From: Gekko japonicus
Taxonomy: Eukaryota
DNA length: 64,000 bases
Reading direction: 5' to 3'
Assembly: GCF_001447785.1 (NCBI RefSeq)
Contig: NW_015169189.1
Span: forward strand, 390,354 to 454,353
Part shown: piece after piece, positions 59,653 through 64,000 of the stretch
How positions within the stretch are numbered: the stretch's first letter is position 1
Layout of the letters: the number at the start of each line of letters is the position of its first letter
The notes under the pieces: model-generated
Database searches by the model: none
Seen by the model: only the letters and a program-made list of their open reading frames with translations
Told to the model about the DNA's origin: nothing
Program-made: the position numbers and the translations under genes

Positions 59653-61254
59653 CTTTGAGCCAGCAGGGTGTTGGACTAGATGACCCTGGAGGTCCCTTCC
59701 AACTCTATGATTCTATGAACTTAGATGTGGCTGTTAGAATATACCAGTGGGGACCAGCAATATTGACTGGGAGGAATCCCTCCACCCTCATTGCTGTTGG
59801 CCTGGCACATCTACTCCCCATCACTGCTGCCATCTGGCTCCCTCATTGCCAGCTTGGTAGAGGGTATAGCAAGGACTGTTGTGAGGATTCCCAAACCCTT
59901 CCACACCCAGGTCTCTCCTTATGGCACAGTGCACAGGGCAGGCTTGTTGGCTTCACGGAGAGCAGTGTCCCCCCCCAAATCCTCCATCGCTAGCTTGGTA
60001 GGGAGTAGTGAGGACTCTCCCCTCACACCTGATTTCTTCCTTGCGGGCTCAGTGGGGGACCATGAGACTTGCGGGGGGGGGTATGCCATATCCCCCCTCC
60101 ATCACTTATCCTGGAGCAGCTCCAGGCCCCATTACCTTCCATTGAGCCTGGCTGCTAGTGTCCTCCTCCGCTGTGGCTGGGCCAGCTGCAGCATGATAAC
60201 CCCCCATGTCTCCACCACCATCACTGATCCCAAGCCCCAAGAGGCTCCCACCCCCTGTGGCTGGGCCTGCTGTGGCTCCCCCTCCCCAACATCACTGCTG
60301 CCACTGCTGATCCTGGGCCCAGCAAGGCTTCCTCTCCTCTCCACAACACTGCTGCAGCTGTTGCTGCTGATCCCGGGCCCAGTAAGTCTCCTGACCTCTA
60401 CTGCCCGGCCCACTGAGGGTTCCTCCCCTTCCTCTACATTGTGGCTGCTGCTGCTTCTGCTACAAATCCCAGGCCTTGCCAGGGCTCCATCTAAAGAGGT
60501 GGTAAAGACACTGCTTTTGTTTTGTGGGGGATTTACACCCACCCAAATGTAATTTTTTAAATTATTTCAGATTTTTCTACACATGTGGGAACCCCCCACA
60601 TTTGCAGAAATATCTGTTTTCTTTCTGTGTGCCCCCGATCTGCAGATTTAGGTATCCGCTGATAGAAGGAACACTTGGGAAATAGGTATATAGACAAGTG
60701 GCGACCCACTATACTCATGCGGGGGAATCCCTCCATCACTGCCACTTAACCAAACGTTATTCCCTTCTTACAGTTCAGTGGGGGGGGGTAAGGAGATTCA
60801 TGGGGGGGATCCCATATTCCTCCCATTGCCAAGCCTGGCATGGCTCCAGCCTCCTCCCCAAACTATGGAGCCTGGCAACCTTCTGTACTGTACTGTGGCT
60901 GAGCCTGGCGCAGCTGCCAGAGTCGTCTACTGTGGCCAGCTCAGCCTGGCTGCTGATGTCCTCCTTTACAGTGGCTGGGTGCAGCTGCTGGTGTCTGCTG
61001 CAGACAGGCCAGGTGTGGCTGCTAGTGTTCACTACAGACAGGTCCAGTGCAGATGCCAGCATCCTCTGCTGCAGTCCAGCACAGCTGCAAGCATCCTCCT
61101 TCGGCAGCTTCCTCCACCCCAGCTAGGCCTGGTGCAGCTCCCGGCCTCCTCCACTACTGCCACCCCGTGACACTCAGGCTGGACTCAAAGTGTCTTTCAG
61201 CATCCGCAGCTGGGCTCTATATTGATCTGGGATTTATTTATTATTTTTGGTATT

Positions 61255-61470
61255 TGTGTGTGTGTGTGTGTGCTTGCATGCCTGGAAGTCATGATCACTT
61301 CTAGCAACCCCCTGCTGGGGGCTTGGACATTTTTCAGAGAGGTGGCATGATAGCTCTGCGTCCCTAGCCCTGGTATTCCTTGGAGGTTTCCCTTCCAATT
61401 ATTTGCCAGGGTTGGCCCTGCTTAGGTTCCAAGATCTAACGATATCAGGTATGCCTGAGCGATTCAGGTC
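61255..61470 (-). mobile_element. 5S rRNA-derived SINE
   Basis: Minus strand cctgatatcgttagatcttggaacctaagcaggg...ggaataccaggg resembles 5S rRNA internal control region; (CA)n tail. Confidence 0.75.
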
Positions 61471-62306
61471 TGATCTGGGATTTAAACACACAAACACACA
61501 CACCTTGTGTATCCCCCCACCCCCGCTGCCTGATTTTTCTGCAAACCTAGAGAGTGCCTCAAGTTTGCAGAAAAATCTCTTCAGCCTCCATGTGGCCCTG
61601 ATCCACAGATTTAGCTATCCGCGGATGGGGGCCACATGTGTCTAATAGTATATAGATGATAATTCTGTTAATATGATTATGGATTCCCAAAGCAGCAATG
61701 ATATTAAGGCATGCTTTCCATGTCCAGAGGCAGTAACTCCCTGGATACCATTTCTGGTTAGGAAGAACAGGGGAAGGTGTAGTCTCCATGTCTGTCTTGC
61801 AGGCCTTCTGTAGGAATCTGATTGACTCTGAATGAAAAAGGTTGCTGTATGAAATAGGCCATTGGTCTGATATTTCGGACTCTTTTAAGCGTATATATTT
61901 CATATCTTCAGAAGAATCAAGATGACAGTTTTTATGTTGCTTGCATTAGTGAAGAACCTGACTTTGTTGATACAACTACTATAGTGGGAATTGTAGGTGG
62001 TTTTGGAGATGGTTACTGCTTGAATCTTGTTTTGTTCTTGATAATAAAACCTTAGCATCAATATAGTATTATTTATCAGAAGGGCCCTTTATGAACTATT
62101 TCTTTTCAAATATGGAACATTACATTAGCAGTTTTATAACTTTCCCCCCTCTATTTTTTAATGACTGTTGCACCAGAAGGGAAGCCCATTTGTATATTCC
62201 TTTTTGGAAATTAGCATTCAAAATCTCGGCTGCACCACCCAAAACATTTTCCATATGCATCAATAAAGAAAGTAGTGATCACATTGGGTGTTTCTATTTT
62301 CTGCAG

Positions 62307-62483
62307 GCCCTATCAGTGTGGACACTGCTCCCAATCCTTCTCCCAACCTTCAGAGCTACGGAACCACGTAGTCACCCATTCCAGTGACAGACCTTTCAAG
62401 TGTGGCTATTGCGGTCGTGCCTTTGCTGGTGCTACTACCCTCAACAATCATATCCGGACACACACAGGGGAGAAGCCCTTTAA
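62307..62483 (+). CDS. PRDM6: PRDM6 coding exon, C2H2 zinc fingers 2-3 (177 bp)
   Basis: ctgcag|G CCC...TTT AA|gtaagt; [58 protein letters not shown](K); phase 2 to 2. Confidence 0.97.
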
Positions 62484-63494
62484 GTAAGTAACCAAAGGAT
62501 CAGATGAGCAGGAAGGGAATTAGACTGACAGGATAAGTCAGTAAATAGCACCCTTAGAATGGGCCCTTTGGGAATTCAAGGATCCACCCTATCTGAACAC
62601 CAGATAGAGTGCACCCTACAATCCAACAAGTATTGCTCCTGAGCAAGTCTTATTCATTTTTAATGGCATTTATTCAGGATCAGGGTTTCAAGGACTATAT
62701 CCAAATCACTAAACAGTTCCTTAAAATCAGAAAGACACTAGGATCATATGATGCTGATATAAAGTAGGCATATGCGAAATATCAGTAAAGTAATCATAAA
62801 GAGCCCAGAAGCAGCTATCTGTAAGAAAACCTGTTCAGTAAATGCATATAAATATATTGGAAAAATGAAGAGTCAGTGTAATAGCAAGTGAGAGAACTGC
62901 ATCCTGTTGAATGCAGAAATAGGAAGATGCCAAAAGAGGAGTTGTTTTGTTTCTGTGCATTACATAAAAATACAATATTCTGAAAATACCCTACATGGTT
63001 AAAATTGTCATGTCATTTAGCATTACTTTAATAAGCAACTGTTATCTATGTGCATGCGATATTTTAGAGTATAATTAAAGTCAAGATGTCTCTGATTCAA
63101 CCAGTTCTCTCTGTGACCTTGGCCCAGGAATCAGCCAAAAGCGGAGAAGTGGTAGCAGGTCTCTGAACAGGACCCAGAACCAGGGGAAAGAATTCACTGA
63201 GCTTGGCACATGTCCAGAGTCCAGACACTGACAATTCATCCTAACCATATTTCTTTTTTATTTATTAAAACATTTCTATCCTCCAGTTCTTACCAGGATG
63301 ACTAAATCCCACATCTTCCTCTCATGCACTGTCCTAGTTGACAGTGCTGAATTCTAGTCTGAAATATAAGTACTTGCATGCTTAGTTAATGAGAAGCAAA
63401 TTTTTAGTACATTTCTTAATGCTAATCTTCATAGAAGGCACAGGCAAATCAGGCTATGAACCCTTTCAGATGACTATGAAAGATGTCCTGACCT

Positions 63495-63658
63495 GGATGG
63501 CCAAATCTCAGACACTAAGCAGGTTGGTCCTGGCTAGTACTTAGATGGAGATGACCAAGGAAGCCCAAGTTAGTACAGAGAGGCAGGCAATGTCAAACTA
63601 CCTCTGAACATCTCTCACCTTGAAAACCCTACAGCTGTGACTTGACACTACTTTCCAT
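63495..63658 (+). mobile_element. 5S rRNA-derived SINE
   Basis: atctcagacactaagcaggttggtcctggctagtacttagatgg is 5S-like; RTE-like tail aggcaatgtcaaactacctctg...gacttgac. Confidence 0.75.
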
Positions 63659-64000
63659 AACCTTGACAGATCACCCATTTCCTTTATCCAACTAACTGCA
63701 TAAATAAAGTTGATATCAAAATCTTCTGCTACTTGGCAGGGGTACAAATGGGAAAAGCCAAGGAGTTGCAGGGGCACCTCATTCCCCCCGCCTATATTGT
63801 GCTCCCCAAACCATTTCCTCTTTTCATCCTCCTGGAAGATCCCATATCATTACCTTTCCATGCTTCCTTTTCTCCTTCCCACCTACCTACCTACTATTTA
63901 TCTGCCCCCCATCTTAAGCTGTGTTTGTTTATTTACTTCATTTAGATCCCACTTTTCTCCACAATGGGGATCTTAAGTGGCATATCTCATTCTCTTCTCA

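Larger units (their letters stand above)
57785..59718 (+). mobile_element. CR1 3' end split by an RTE-X-like LINE
   Basis: 57785-58003 (gaggttttcaaacagaggctagatgggcatctg) continues at 59655-59718 (ttggactagatgaccctggaggtcccttccaactctatgattctatg). Confidence 0.7.

Noticed and set aside
59791-60552. Longest ORF (253 aa) as a novel gene
   Set aside because: Low-complexity GC-rich repeat interior, no domain, overlapping ORFs on both strands.
61380-61450. Functional 5S rRNA gene (also 63495-63570)
   Set aside because: Partial, diverged and fused to SINE tails.
62484-62487. Stop codon right after the ZF exon as the true C-terminus
   Set aside because: TAA is part of the gtaagt donor of a phase-2 intron, as at 19455 and 30855; the TGEKPFK linker implies a further finger downstream.

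Overview
Squamate reptile genomic DNA, probably a gecko (inferred from Sauria SINEs, Squam3-like SINEs with (TCT)n tails, BovB and abundant hAT MITEs). The whole window lies inside PRDM6 on the + strand. Four coding exons (19327-19454, 27240-27364, 30512-30854, 62307-62483) splice in frame through GT-AG introns and encode the C-terminal half of the PR/SET domain, a linker and zinc fingers 1-3. The 5' exons and last exon are outside the window. The rest is intron packed with transposon relics: L1, L2, CR1, RTE/BovB, RTE-X-like, Penelope, Gypsy, tRNA- and 5S-derived SINEs, hAT MITEs with readable 8-bp TSDs, and Helitron-like ends. There is one 308-N gap. Most notable: (i) Penelope-type minimal hammerhead ribozyme relics, one in a ~140-bp TSD-flanked insertion; (ii) a perfect 87-bp inverted templated insertion; (iii) a Penelope>Gypsy>BovB nest whose sense-strand LTR puts TATA, AATAAA and a G4 motif in a PRDM6 intron; (iv) a hAT MITE family carrying repeated KLF+octamer+ETS motifs; (v) TE-poor blocks with PBX-HOX/HOX motifs that may be enhancers. 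I found no evidence of a wholly new multi-gene system. TE family names come from motif recognition, not database searches.
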